A DNA stretch of 45,011 bases from Octopus bimaculoides (GCF_001194135.2 NC_068992.1:34109487-34154497); one strand, 5' to 3'; counted from the first letter of the stretch, positions 21,744-35,675 are shown. Notes: generated by a model from the letters alone, not told the origin. Made by a program: numbers and translations.

Positions 21744-22169
21744 TAAGAGCATCCCTTGTTGAAGTACTACATAATATATATATATATATTGTGTGTGTGT
21801 GTATGTATATACATATACATACACACATATGTATGTACTCACATAGTCTGCCTGCTATTCATCTGTATCTCTTGTGTTTCCATACCTATTTCCCTAAAGA
21901 TCTCAACGTCCAGCCTTCTTCCTCACACACTTAAACTTTGCTCAGTTTACTGTGAAGCCTTTTAATGCTCAGTTTAGCTTCCATAATTTGAATTTCTTCC
22001 TTAATTCCAATACAGATCTTGCTTTGAGAACTAGATCATCAGCTCATAGTATTTTCCAAAAATAACCAGTCTCAAAATCCTCTGGGATTGCCTGTAGGAC
22101 TCTAAAGAATATGAGGGAACCAAGAAATGAGCTTTGATCAACTCCTACCTTCACACTGTGTAAAAGAGA

Positions 22170-22790
22170 AATAAATGTTTGGATGGCTCATGCGAAGTAC
22201 TCAATTGCTTTTGTTAATTGGAGACATGGTAAGCAGGTGAGGTGGTTGCTGTGAAAGAGCAGCAGCCAGAGTAAGGATAAGTTGGAAAATTGTTTAGAAT
22301 TCACTACCACTTCTGGCAGCAAAGGTCTTTTTAAGAGCAGATTGTATGAAGCTTGTATTAGAAATGTGATTTTGCATGGTAATGATTGATGGGCCTTGAA
22401 TGCAGAGTATTTGAGGAAAATGGAAAGAAATAATGCTAGCATGTTCCATAGGATGTGCACTGTAAGTGTGAATGAGTGATAAAGTACAAATGTGTTGAGA
22501 GAAAAACTAAGCACAAGAGGAATCAGATGTAGTGTGCAAGAAAGAAAAGTGAGCTGCTACGGAGATCTGAAATATTTAGATACTGATGAGCTGTATAAAG
22601 ATAAGCTGATCCCTCAATGTGGATGGAGGTTGCTGAAGAGAGAGAGAGAGAGATCTAAGAAGGCATGGGGTAAAGTAGTGAAGACTGATCTCAGAAATTT
22701 GAGCCCCGTGGAAAAGACAAAGGACTAGGACACTTAGAGGCACTTGTGAAAACACATCCATCTTCAAGAAACTAAGATTCTGAAGGCACA
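22170..22790 (+). mobile_element. Old RTE (BovB-like) ORF C-terminal fragment
   Basis: FC*LGDM...GGCCE..ARVRISWK...LPLL...RLYEACIRNVILHG...ERNNASM..MCTVSV...LREKL..RGIRCSVQERK..WGKVVKTDL. Confidence 0.8.
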
Positions 22791-22794
22791 GTAC

Positions 22795-22821
22795 ATGTGT
22801 ATGTATGTATGTATGTATGTA

Positions 22822-22869
<48 letters not shown>
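22795..22869. repeat. (TATG)n/(TA)n microsatellite
   Basis: Seen directly. Confidence 0.96.
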
Positions 22870-22870
<1 letters not shown>

Positions 22871-23614
22871 TCCTTCATTCATCTCTATCCATCTCCCCAC
22901 CACCACCACCACCACCACCATTATCTTTTCAATTTCAGTATTCACTGTTGAAATTAAATCTGGGTAGAACTGTAGTTCATTAGTTTTTCCCTGATACCAC
23001 TTATCTTTCTCACTCTGCCCATACACTGTGTCTGTCTGTTTCTCTCTTTCTCTCTTTCACAGTCTTACAACCTACTGACCCACATGTAATCTCTCTCTCT
23101 TCCTCTTCATCTTTCTCTCATCTCTCTCCTGTCTGCTGTATTATTATTGTTATTAATATTCTGCTACTCTGCATCCATTTCTCTGTCATCAGTCATCTAC
23201 TCATCACACCATCTCTCAACTCATATACATCACTGATCATCTCCATTTTCTATCCACCTTCTGCTCCATCCATTCCTCAGACCTGTCCTCTTATCATCAA
23301 CTCTTCTCTATCTTCTCTCCAATGTGTTTCTCTCATTCCCCATCTTTAACTTTGTCATACTTCTCATTCACTTTGAAACCTCTATTCTCCTATCTCATCT
23401 CACTTCTGCTCACTCAGACTTTGAGGGTTCAACCTAACACCTCATCATGACTATTTTTTCTCTCTTTCCAGCTCCACCCTAGTAAATCCCACCCACTCTT
23501 TTATAACTAGAAAACTGTTCTGTTCTGGTCCCTCTCTTTTATACTTTAATCCCTCATCTCCTAGCATAAAGCTGCTTTCCTTCTACTGTAGCTACATTCA
23601 GTTGTAGGAAATCT

Positions 23615-23845
23615 TAGTCTTGCCAGATGCATGGCAACCTCTCTAGTACTGATGCCATGAAAAGGCACCCAGTATACTCAGTAAAATGCTTGAGTGGTTG
23701 ACATTAGGAAAGACATGCAGTTATAGAAACTATGTCAAAGCAGATATTGCAACATGATGCAGCCCTCAGATTTGTTGGATCCTTTCAAACCATCCAGTCC
23801 ACACTAACATGGAACAAAGATAACGATTACAATGATGACAATGAT
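23615..23845 (+). mobile_element. Old RTE-type 3' end
   Basis: aaaaggcacccag...gagtggttgacattaggaaagacatgcagttatagaaac...aacatggaa...aatgatgac is diverged from 7110-7293. Confidence 0.7.
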
Positions 23846-25099
23846 ACACATTTTTATGAGTGTATATGTGTGTATACATATATGTATATACATAAATGCA
23901 TATGCATCTACACACCCACACACCCTCTCACACACCCTCTCTCACACACATGCACACACTCACACACTCTCTTTCTTGCAAGGATGAATAGTGGTTTATA
24001 CGATTTTCACATCACAATACATCCGCCATATCCTTTCTGATAGCAGCAATTGGTTATGTATAATGCTTCAGTGACTCATTCCTTTGCATTTAACAATTAC
24101 CAGAGCATTTATTATTATCAAACAATGTTCCGTTTTTATCATAAATAATAGAACAGTGCAAAAGGGTTCATTCTTTACAATGAATTAGTTGCTCCAAATA
24201 CAATTGCAGGAGCCACAATTTCTGAGTCTCAGTCAATTTATGTGTAACCCATTTTCAAATATCTTAACTTGTTTACTGGTGTATAAATGGCAGAGAACAG
24301 TCATAAAAGATACGACCAAATCCATTGCAAATTGTAGAATTGATGTTCATGAGTTTCTTTCCAGCAGTTTTTCAACTGGTTTTCATTTATGATGGACTTT
24401 GGTTTTCCTCATGAATCACTCTGGATTTTCCAAAGAGTAAATTATGAAACCATCAATGCACTGTTTGTAAGTTAACATAACTCTCCCCAAATACAAATTG
24501 GCATTTTTACTAGATTCAGTTACATTTGGTCCTTATTTGAGTAGATGCAAATGAAGAATTCAGGCTTGTTCAATTGTCACAATATCATTGAGGGGCACAC
24601 AATCAACATTTTCAAGGAAAACACTATCAGGAAAGTGAAGCCATGGATTATAAAAGCTATCTAAGTAATACAAAATAGATTAACCCACTAGCTACTTTTC
24701 TTGTCATATACACTCAGTTTAAAAATGACTCATATTTAAAAGCAACATTGTAAGAAGTAAGCCTTAATATCACCCCAATTTGTTTGTCTAATGAAGAAGA
24801 AATATGACAATGTGTCCTATTACTTCACCTGCATCTTCAAGCTAACACAAAAATTTAATTATATCAACAGGTGACAGGTACTGCTATTGTTGAGTAACTT
24901 TATATAGATTTTATAAATAATTTAGTAAACTTGGTACAAATTTCATTTTCTATAACTTGGATGACATCTTTTAAAATAAGTTCACCAGAAATGTGAAAAA
25001 AATATATGCCATTCTCTTTCAATATGAGAAAATTACTTCTGTAATAGCATATCATTCAACTTGAGTCGAGAGATATTTTCTACTGATATTTTAAATATA

Positions 25100-25100
<1 letters not shown>

Positions 25101-25193
<93 letters not shown>

Positions 25194-25220
25194 CGTGCGT
25201 GTGCGTGTGTTTGTGTGTGT
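25101..25220. repeat. Long (TG)n microsatellite
   Basis: Seen directly. Confidence 0.98.
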
Positions 25221-25617
25221 AAAAGGACATATATATATATATGCATAAGGAACATTGGAGTGTATTGATATGAGAAGTAGATACAAGAAGGAAATTCATT
25301 TTCAAAAACTAATTTTTTATCATCTTTTCTGCATCGCCATTATCAATATGAAAATGATATTTCTGAGAAACTATTATCATCGACAATGAATGCTTTATTT
25401 TTAGAAGAAATTTTGTTGTTTGTTTTTATTAAGTTTTTTTTTTTTTTGTTTATTATGCAGGAAATATTTTTCTGCAAAATATCAGTTTTAAAATGTACTG
25501 TATTGCTGAATATAAAACTAAGTCGTATATTGTTTCCAAACCTATACAACTGCAATGCAAATATTTTATTCATATTTATTCAAGCACACTTTTATTCAGT
25601 ACACACTCACATACATG

Positions 25618-25620
<3 letters not shown>

Positions 25621-25685
<65 letters not shown>
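25621..25685. repeat. (AG)n microsatellite
   Basis: Seen directly. Confidence 0.98.
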
Positions 25686-25688
<3 letters not shown>

Positions 25689-26234
25689 GTAGATAGATAG
25701 TTACAGACATAGATATATTGCATACTGGCTCAACATTATTCTCATATTACAGACTAATAATTAAAACTGGAATAATGATAGCTGGTCTAAGGGAATTGAA
25801 AGTAAAATCAAGCAAGCCAGATAATATTGCCTACTGTTTTTATATCTGGTTTAAATAGATGTTCGGTCCCTATTGATCTGGATAAGATGGCAATAGTGGA
25901 GATAAGAAATGTGTCAAATTAAATATATGTCTCTCTTTTGTTTTGTGTAGTTTAATGCAAAGAAGCTTTTTGTGATGTTATCCTTTACTACAATTAATGA
26001 ATATTATTCTTGAAGTTATTAGTCTCTTGGGATTGGTAGAGACTAAATTTCTATTGACCTCCACATAGGGTAGAGAGAGTAAATAACCTTTAGCTCATTA
26101 TGTATTCGTATTTGCCTTCAGGTTTTATCATCTGAAGTAATAGCTAAACTAGCAAGTCGAGGGATAGAATGAATAATGGTTTGGGATGAGTATCTCTTGG
26201 AAGACAATAAATGTAGTAAACATTTAAAAAAAAC

Positions 26235-26455
26235 GTATCAGATGTTGTCATTGTTATTTAACTTCAGGTCAACTTTGACAATATGAAAACCTGATTAAAA
26301 GTCATTTCAACTTTAACCACCCATTTCATTCTTTTTCAAATACAATGTTATAGGACACATCATCCAATGCGACCTTTTTTAAGATAGCAAGGTGAGATTT
26401 TTAGGGAAAGTTGGCTGCTATTTCATGCCAGTTGAATGCCTTCATACAAGTTTTT
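26235..26455 (+). mobile_element. SINE-like dispersed repeat, family D
   Basis: gttatttaacttcaggtcaac...tttttaagatagcaaggtgagattt...ttggctgctatttc. Confidence 0.55.
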
Positions 26456-26659
26456 TGATTGGTAGATAGATATTTTGGTGTATAATATTAAAAGAAATAT
26501 CTCTTATAAAATGCCCTACTTCAAAAATTTGACACTTATTCTCATACTACATCAAAATATCTTTCCTTTCTTACTAAAATAACTCTTGCTAATGTAGAAT
26601 ACTCTCTGGTTGTCTAAACTCTATTGATTAACAAACATGTATTTCCGGAAAAGGAATTT

Positions 26660-27270
26660 AATTAGAGGTGAAGCATGATCTTCAAATGTTAGGCCTCACA
26701 GAGGTGATGACTAGTGACAGAGTGATTTGCTGAGCTTGAGAATATTAATGAAGCCAAGTGAAATTGTAATTGTAGCCATTGCAAGAGTCATGTAAATAGC
26801 ACCTGTGAAATTGTAACCATGGCTGTTGCCAGTAGCATGATCTTTAAAATGATCTTCAAATGTTGGGCCTCGTGGAGGTGAGGGACAAGTTGGTAAAGCG
26901 TAATCTTCAAATGTTGGACCTCATGGAGGTGATGACAAGTGACTGAGATATTGGTGATGAGCTGTGCTTGAGAAGATTTGTCAAGTCAAGTGAAACCATA
27001 GTCATGGCTATTGCCAGTTTCATGTAAATGTCACCCATAAAATCACAGCTGTGGTCATTACCTGTCTCATGCAAATGATACCCATACTGGTGGCATGTAA
27101 AAAGTACGCATTACGCTCTCAGAGTGGCTGGTCTTGGAAAGGCATGCAGCCACAGAAACCATGCCAAGTCAGACTGGAACCTAGTGCAGCTCTCCAGTTT
27201 ACCAGTTCCAATCAAACCGTCTAACCCATGCCAACATAGAAAACAGAAGTTAAATGATGGTGATGATGAT
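26660..27270 (+). mobile_element. Old RTE 3' end with internal partial duplications
   Basis: atgatcttcaaatgtt(a/g)ggcctc..gaggtga recurs three times (the 'KHDLQMLGLTEVMTSD' end of the ORF), followed by a diverged 3' UTR and gatgatgat. Confidence 0.75.
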
Positions 27271-29200
27271 TGAGTATTTCAGGAATGAGCCTTCATTTAC
27301 AATCTTATAATTTTCAAGTAGTAAGGGGACTTGCCTTAAGATCCAAGTACTTTGTTGTATAAATGGTTTGAGCTAAATAGTTATATGTATGCAAATAATG
27401 AGTAATATCTTGATTTGTTTGTGCTAATAGAAACTATGTATTAGTGAGCCAGTAAACAATCCTCTATATAACTGATGCACCAATTTAATATAGTAACCAA
27501 ACAGTTTACAACAAATTCCCTACTGGCTTTTAAGATAAGCACCACAAAGATTTTTAGATCTAAATTTTAGTGTAGCATATTCCACAATAAAGAACTTGAT
27601 TGCCACTCAAACAATAGTCTAGTTTTATCTGCTGATCATGAGTGATAGATTTAAGGATTAACTGTATTGGATTAGGTGCTCTCATATAATTGCTCTGCTT
27701 AAGCACAGTTGACAATGATTCCTTAATAACTATTACTGTTTCTAAATCAGGAGTTAATTCCTTTCTAGAGATCAGTAAGTTGTACTTGGATTAAAGAATA
27801 TTTATAATTTTGAATAGACTGATGCTGTTGATATTATTTCTATTTAAGAATTCTTATGAATTCACTCTGGTTTATTAATCTATTTTGAAAAGCTCCAGAA
27901 GCTATTGAGTTTGGAAAATATTTACTTTTATTTCCCAAAGTTCATCTTCATCAAGCATATCAAGGGAAAATCATTTTGGTGAAACTTCAGAAATACACAT
28001 GGTGGCAATTGAAATTGTTTCTAGCAGTAATATTATCAACTATATACATTACATTCTTTCATTAAAGAGGAGGTACCACTTCTTCAATGTATCAATTTTG
28101 AACCTATCACTAGTGATCAAAAGTCCACCATTGACAGGACCATGGAATGTCAAAATCATGTGATCTGGTGGCCTTAGCATTGGAGATAGTGGGGATTTAT
28201 TTCCCCACTAGAGACATAAACAAGTGTTCACTTTGTACCAAAAGGCCATATGAGAGTTTCTCTCATGGTATCTACTGCAGTATAATTTGTTCTAATAGAA
28301 CATCCATGTTTAAGTGGGAATAAATATTACCTTTACAATAGATTAGATTTTTGTAATGATTGTATATATATATGTCTTTTCAAACTATTTGTCAATATGA
28401 CAACACCTTAACATCTCATCCTGCTACAACTTTTACATATCAGTGATATATGCTAATATAAAAATAAATATTATTTCGGGCAAAGATTCAAATATACATT
28501 ACTAATGATGTACATTTGAATCTCTGCTCATAATGTCAATAATCTTAAATTTGTATGTAAATTAACAAACATTTCCTTAAGTTAGGTAAATTGGTGAACT
28601 AAATTTGTTACTATTTTACAAAACTAATGTTAATAAGTAGAATTCCACAGTGGTGGTGTTCAACAGAAGAAGGACTGTGCATTTTATATAAAAGAAACTC
28701 TTAGAGGTCAAATATAAAGGTATCCTACTGCAAAAAGATACATGAATGGAAGTAGAACTAGTAATTTAGGAGAATGAAAAATCTGTTGATGCAACATTAG
28801 TGTAAGAAGCAATGAATTGATGTTGCAAAAGTTGTTTGGTGGTTTAGAGGTTGTCATATAATGGTGCCAACCCAATCACTATAATGGCTCTCTTCTGGAT
28901 TCTACTCGGAATACCAATTAAACTAAACACATGTAATCTTTCTGTTTCACCATGTCTAGAATTCATCCTTCCATTTAGTTGGCATCTTCACATTCTCCAT
29001 AAATTTGTGTTTTTGTAGAGAACAAATTACTTTCTTATATTATTCCCAACAGGCTGTGCTTGAATGTTTACACTTGTGATCAACACTGTTATCAACATTA
29101 TCCCAAGAGATTAATTTCTATTTCTAAAGTGAAGCGGTGTCAAACTACAACCAGACATCAATAGTAACTCAAATGACAAAGATTATTTCTTCATGTATAA

Positions 29201-29202
<2 letters not shown>

Positions 29203-29254
<52 letters not shown>

Positions 29255-29255
29255 C
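29203..29255. repeat. (TA)n(TG)n microsatellite
   Basis: Seen directly. Confidence 0.96.
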
Positions 29256-31084
29256 TGTTTGTGAGTGCTTGCATGAATGTGTATGGTATGTGTGTGATTG
29301 ATATATTTTTTCCAAGTTTATCCTAGTGTTATAATCACTATTAATAGTTCTTCAAAAAAAAAAAAAAGATTAATTTTCAAGTTGAAATTTCACTATGAAA
29401 AGATATCTTTCATTGCCAAATTAATGTCTTATTTATTAAAACACAATCTAACTCAATTTACTGATCTTTACTTGCAAAATAACATCAAAATTATAACTAT
29501 CTCAACAAATTATCTTTTAAAGTACAATTTTTTTAAAATCTTGCAAGAATATTGTATCAATGACAAATGTCAATAGTGAGGAGAGATTTTTAATTATCAT
29601 ACTGGATTAATTGCACTTGTACTAATTAAATCAAATAACTATGATTATTCTAATAATTAAAATAACCAAATGTCTTGACTAATATACATCGTCCAAAATG
29701 CAATATTCAAATATATACTTTTCTATATGAACTAAAGTTTGAGATTTCCAACCCACAGTTGCCCGAAAAGCTACTTTATTCTGAAAGATGAAAGACCATT
29801 CCAGAACACACAAGGCAAACGGAAATTGATATTAATATAGCTGCCAAATGGTTCAGCTTTACTTTTCTTTCACAGCTGCTACCTATCTTGACCTTGATGG
29901 TAACTATAATTCTCTTAGATATGCTTCTGGGTATGAGTAATAAGAAAGTAGAAGCTTTCTGCTTGTGTAAAGGTCAAGCCAATACAACTCTTCATCAAAT
30001 GAAGATAGATGTTACTGATCAAATAGTTAATTAATAGATATTTCAAATCACACTGACTTTTATCTCTTACTCAACTTAATTTTCCTTTCAGGTTGTCAAA
30101 AGAGTTTTTCACTAAGATATAGAATATGGTTTTAATTCTATTATTATTTCATCATGAAGTGTAATAATGGCTGAGTTGCTCTGGCAACTGAACTATACCA
30201 GATATTTCACAATTTATTATTTAATATCTGGCCATTTTAAGTTCAGTTCTTACTGGGTTGGACTTTTTACTTTCATCTGAGGAATTGGTAAAAGTAAAAC
30301 AAGTAATATTTTGACCTGATTCAATCTTCTTACCATATACACCTCATAATTAGTCTGTGATTGGTCAATATTAGTTCCCTATACTGTGTGTTAGAACTAA
30401 AGTAAAGCACATAGCATGTATCATTCCAATGTTTGCTCCTACTTGATCAATAATCTTTAACTTTGTTTATTTGGTCCACTCTCCAAAATTCCAGTTTATT
30501 TAGTGATTTTGCTGTTAGCACATTTATTTGCTTGATTGTTTGAGTGGTCACTTCAGAATTTCAGAAACCCCTAAACTTAAAAAGTCAAAAACGCTTATCA
30601 ATAACTACAAAGAAAAATAATTATCTATTCTTTTAGTATAAAAATGTTGTCATTTTAGCAAGTCACTTTGGACATTATGTAAACAAACTGACCCGACTTC
30701 AAAACGTTATATGCTTGGTGAACTATGGGCTATATAACAAACACCATGGTAACCATATAAGCTCTGGTCTAAAAATACACATATGAAATAATTTTACTAT
30801 TTTCTTTCTGATGATAACTGGATGTGCGGGGAATAAGATTTCAACAGTTGTTTTTGAAAAAAGGAGGAGTATGAGAATAAACAATTTATTTAGAATATAG
30901 GAATAAATGACTGACCAAATGGGTTGTAAAGAAAAGAACAGCAGTCAAAATAAAATACTCAATATATGTGAAAAATAACTATAAATACAGGGATTGTACT
31001 GAAAATAGTGCAATAGTTAGGCATATCTTTTTCATTAACAGGTATAGCATATTCAAATTGCAAATGTTTGTAGAGTAATGCTTT

Positions 31085-32040
31085 CTTTATGCACAGATTC
31101 TACTTCATCAGAGGTGGTGCATTTCTGGCATCATTGAACCCAACACCTGAATTCTCTTTGAAAAAATTCAGGAGTGTGTATCCACTTTTGACATCCATTT
31201 TCATCAAGTTTATCATCAGGTCATTGTCCCTAAATATTGTTTTTCATTGGACAAAACAAGTGGCCAGAGTGTGCCAGAACTGAGCCACAGAGTAAATAGG
31301 GAGCCACTGCCAACCCAATTTGCTGATTGCCTGATTTGTTGCCAAAGATGTTTGTAGTCACATATTTTCATGGTGAATGTAGATCAGCTTCAGTCACTTG
31401 TTTGGTTCTCTTCTTCCTAAAGGTTTCTATAAGATTTTTGAGGGTTTTAATACACTGCTTGCTGTTAGTCGTACAGCCACATTCTAGAGAATGATGACCT
31501 TCTCATCACCCTAAAAAACTCAAGAGTCAGTAATCTGTACCAACCACTGTATCAGGGAAAAAAAAAATCAGGTGCCTTCATTGGCTTCAAATACTTCCAA
31601 CAGATAAGAGCAAACTTCCAAACTTATCCTTCAAATCAGATGTCAATTACTAATAAGGTACTGTTTTGCTCAGACTTTCTGATACTCAAAATCGTCTAGC
31701 AACTTTTGCAATGCATTGTGCCCACAATCCATTTGTGTAGTGAGTTCACATTTGTAACTTATCTGTCTATGAGAAGCTATTTGTCTTTTCACTGGTAATT
31801 TATGTCATTGATTGCAATTGATGGTCTTCAGATGTATGATTTATCTTCAATGCTAGTTTCCCCATTTTAAACTTCATCTATCTGTGCATGTTGCCCTTTG
31901 CAATGATTATTCAACCTTCTGTGAATGTTGAACAGCCTGAAACTTTCTTTGTCATGAATTCAATAATAGCACATTACTTCTACTTGAAACCCACAATCTG
32001 ACAGCAGCAAATAACAGAAAGTAGAACTTCTATAGAGGAA
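31085..32040 (-). mobile_element. Ancient mariner transposase relic
   Basis: Minus strand: AIIEF..., RWMKFKMGKTSIEDK, then IHHENM.LQTSLAT.QAI.KLGW...SVLAHSGHLFCPMK...QKW...CQKC, paralleling HHDNARPH...LGWEVL..PYSPDLAPSD.HLF. Homologous to 40430-41400. Confidence 0.72.
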
Positions 32041-32929
32041 GTGTTATTCTACTAACATATGCAATTTGAATGACCTATGTCACTTAATATAAAAATTTTG
32101 CATTACTTTCAGTATAATCCTCATATTTAAGCTTGTTTTTACTATAAATTTCAGAAAAACACCATGTTTTTTATCAGTTATTAAAAAATGACATTTTAAT
32201 TCATTTTTTTAGCACAGTATTTGGAGCTAGGAACTTCTAATCTGATACAGCAAACAAGCTTCAAAAGGTAGTTATATGAAGGAAGAAAATGTAATCGAAA
32301 TTTGTTTTATCTGTCTCTTTTCTTTCAGTTTTCTTTTTCATTCATAACTGTGAAATCTCTTATTTACTCTTTCACTGAGCACAGCTTCTGTAGGCGCAGC
32401 TCCTTTTAGTACTTTGTCTTTCTAAAATGAAAATTATCAAAATATAGAGCATGTGAGGACAGTATGTTCTGTAAAACAACCACTGTTCCTCGTATCACAA
32501 TAAAATACACTATAATTAACTTTTTTCAAGATGTTGTCTGACTTAACATGATGGCTAATAGATCATTATTTAACTGAACATTACCTTAGCTTTAGATCAA
32601 ATTCATTCTTTTGAAAGTAGCCAAGCCATGAATTTTCATTGACAATATTAAAGACTTGTCCTGTTGGTGACTATCTGAATCTTTTCTCAGTCACACCACT
32701 GACATTCTCGTTTTCTATTCAAGGCCTACCAGCAAATAGTTCAAGAACTGAAACACGTGGTCAACTTCAAAGAAGGTTGTGAAATCACTTGGAATATAAT
32801 CCAGTAACCTCCTTACCTCAGTTTGTGATTAATACTGAAATTTGGAAGGCCAGTGTGAGGTCTCTGAGGCTATTCATTTCTAGCTAGGCAACTTAAGAGA
32901 ATGGGTGCAGTTAGTAAGTTACCACCCTC

Positions 32930-33400
32930 AAAGCTTGTTTTCATAGTCTACAGATACATGGGTAAGTGATTTCCTCAAATACTCCAGAGGCTCTCTAAAA
33001 GTAGCAGATAATTAGCAGTGTAGAAGGATGCATCAAAAGTATAACTGCTAGAATAAGAACTGAATGGAGAAAGTTCAGAGAACTTGTAACTTCATTGACA
33101 ACCAAAAGTCTTTTTCTCTAAGTTAAGGGAAGATTGTATAATGGATGTATATGAACAGCAATGTTACATGGTAGTGAAATGTGAGCCCTGAATGCAGAGG
33201 ACATACAAAAGGTAAAGAGGAATGAAACTGCTACGCTCTCCTGGATGTGCAATATCAATGCACATGCACAACAGAGTGCTATGTATGGAGAGAGAAGTTA
33301 TGCAATAGAGAAGACTACACTGGTTTGGACATGTGATCAATGGCAAGGGTGACTTGAAAACCAGGGCATGCAGTCCATGATGCAGATCAATCACCAAGGC
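32930..33400 (+). mobile_element. Old RTE (BovB-like) ORF C-terminal fragment
   Basis: GCIKSITARIRTEWRKFREL...MLHGSEM*ALNAEDI..RNE..WMCNI...RRLHWFGHVI. Confidence 0.78.
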
Positions 33401-33759
33401 AGAGAGTGGAGCCTTATTCTCCCCTTCACCAAAAACTATTCAACCCCCCCCCCCATTCTATCTGTGAATGCGATGTGAACTAATTATAATGTGACAAACG
33501 GTACATCTACCAGCGGGCTATGCTTTGGGCTTGGTACTCTTCTCCACTGGATGTGACATTCCCCCATTAGCAAATCTCTGGTGACAGGCTTGCCATAATG
33601 ACTATTGTTGGTTACAAGAGAAATCTGAGAAAATAACCAAACCTACAGATAATGAGCTATCTAAAATTTATTTGTAAATCAGTTCAATGTTTTGTTTCTT
33701 TTTGACAAATGCATTAATCACTTTGCTATAAAATGTATCAGCACCATGCTCTACCTTCA

Positions 33760-35000
33760 TCTCCAAAAGGTCTTTATTCATTGGAAATGAAGACCAAATT
33801 ATTCATTCTCTCTTCACTTTGAGAACACCTCATAATAATTTACTTGCTTTAATGAAAAAAGCTATTTGTCACAGGATACAGATGTGGCAGATATGGTCAG
33901 ATCAAACAGTAATTTTGTTACTTCAGCTACAGCTTGATTTAGTTCCTATATACATCTTGAAACACCAAGTAAACTTTTTTGAAGAATCAAAAACCGAATT
34001 TCTGAACTACTGAATATGGCTTCAAAAACCACAAAAGATTTAGACTGAAAATCTTCTACAATTGCAATGACTCCTCTTGCCTGTATTAATTCTGAAGCAC
34101 TCCAATCCTCTGGATTTTCTAATACGGTTGAAAATACTCCAGATAACACAGTAATTTTGTTGGACAGACTGGTTACTTGTTGAGATGAATAATTCCAACT
34201 TATCTCAGGTAACTTTGGAAATCACCTTCCAACAATTTCATCCGGTAGGGTTATTCAAGCTTTCGACTTTGACAAAATTCCTTTTAAAGTTTAGAAGAAA
34301 ACTCAACATTCACAAATACTTGAAGCCAATTGAGAGAGTACCAGATTAAGTGAATGTGTATAACAACATATAAATATGATGCTTGCACAAAAAATCTTCT
34401 TTATTCTTGTTTGCATTCTGTTCAAATGCCCAGCCATCATGCTCACGTCATCATAAATTAGAGCAGTGAATTTTTGGCCACAGGTGAATTTATGAACAAA
34501 TTTTTGAACTTCTGACAGTGATGCAGCACTTCTATCTTTACGGACATTGACATATCCCCAAAAAAACTTTCTTGACGCCTTTCCTTTTCATTATCAAATT
34601 GCAAAATGTGTGGCAATTGAGATTTCCTTTGAAGGTCTGTAGTCTCATCAGACATAAAAGCAACAAAAGCTCTCTTTTTGTTCACTGCCTTAATTTCACT
34701 TTAACTTGTAGCAGATATACAATTAAATGGTCTTGCTTTGAATATCACTTGAAAGTCCAGAAAATGTGCAGTTGGCACTTTTCTTCATGAATCCCAGACG
34801 TGACCTTAAAATATCACTGTATCCCATTACTGTTTCACTTATAGCCAGAAAATGACCCTTACTGTTTGATTTTTCTGTTTCATTATGTCATCCAAATAGT
34901 AATTCTTTTTAGCTGTGAAGCTTCTTGTTGCAAAGGTTGGGAAAGTAGAGAGGAAACTGAGCTAATTGACTCTCTAACCATCTTGTGGGTGAATGAAAGT
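33760..35000 (-). mobile_element. hAT-family (ZMYM1-like) transposase relic
   Basis: Minus strand: FSGLSSDIQ, AFVAFMSDETTDLQRKSQL, YDDVSMMAGHLN..Q, FICCYTHSLNLVLSQ. The termini were not resolved. Confidence 0.8.
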
Positions 35001-35313
35001 GTGGAAAATGTTTCTTGATTATAATATTTTTAAATGAATTAAGGCTTCATTCTAACAAAACATTCAAGTGCTAGTTTGCCTTTTTACATAACCTTTTTTA
35101 TGTAACCTATTTTAAATATTGAAAATTAAACTTTTAAAAATACTGTCATTGATGAAAACTTTACTTTTTAATCACCAAAAAATGGACTTTGCTGGTTGCT
35201 TCTTTTCACTCTAAGTGTGAGCAAGTCAAAAAGAAAATGCTGGGGTCACATGACTAAATTCGAATCTTAAGAAGTGATCGAGAATATTCTCCATGCATTA
35301 AATTTTTTAAAAA

Positions 35314-35675
35314 GCAGGAGTGGCTATGTGGTAAGAAGCTTGCTTCCCAACTACATGGTTCTGAATTCATTTCCACAGTATGGCACCTTGGGCAAGTGTC
35401 TTCTACTATAGCTCTAGGTCCACCAAAGTCTTGGATTCAGTAAACAAAAACTGAAAGAAGCTAGTAGTGTGTGTGTTTGAGTCTGTGTTTGTCTTCCACC
35501 ACCACTTGACAATCGGTCTTGGTGTGTTTATGTTCCTGTAACTTAGCAGTTTGGTATGAGAGACTGGGCTTAAAAAAAGTACTGGGGTTGATTCATTTGA
35601 TTAAAAATTTTTCAAGGTGGTGCCCCAGCATGACCACAATCTAATGACTAAAACAAGAGAAAGATAAAACATAAA
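35314..35675 (+). mobile_element. tRNA-derived SINE, family B
   Basis: gcaggagtggctatgtggtaagaagcttgcttcccaac...caccttgggcaagtgtcttctactatag...ggtgccccagcatgacc. Confidence 0.86.

Larger units (their letters stand above)
20830..21775. repeat. Perfect 33-bp inverted repeat (20830-20862 / 21743-21775) bracketing (TA)n, a gap and an RTE 3' end
   Basis: attatgtagtacttcaacaagggatgctcttat vs ataagagcatcccttgttgaagtactacataat. Confidence 0.93.

Noticed and set aside
24180-24660. Minus-strand coding-like stretch (DSFYNPWLHFPDSVFLENVDC...)
   Set aside because: About seven stops in ~150 codons and no motif I can confidently recognise. It may be an old transposase, but this is unsupported without a profile search.
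27880-29160. Higher-complexity segments with short peptide-like frames on both strands
   Set aside because: No consistent frame, motif or splice pair. Left unannotated.
29876-29930. Possible 55-nt plus-strand exon (ttttctttcacag|...ATYLDLDGNYNSLRYASG|gtatga), with another acceptor near 30090
   Set aside because: Such signals arise often by chance in AT-rich DNA, and there is no recognisable protein or neighbouring exon chain.
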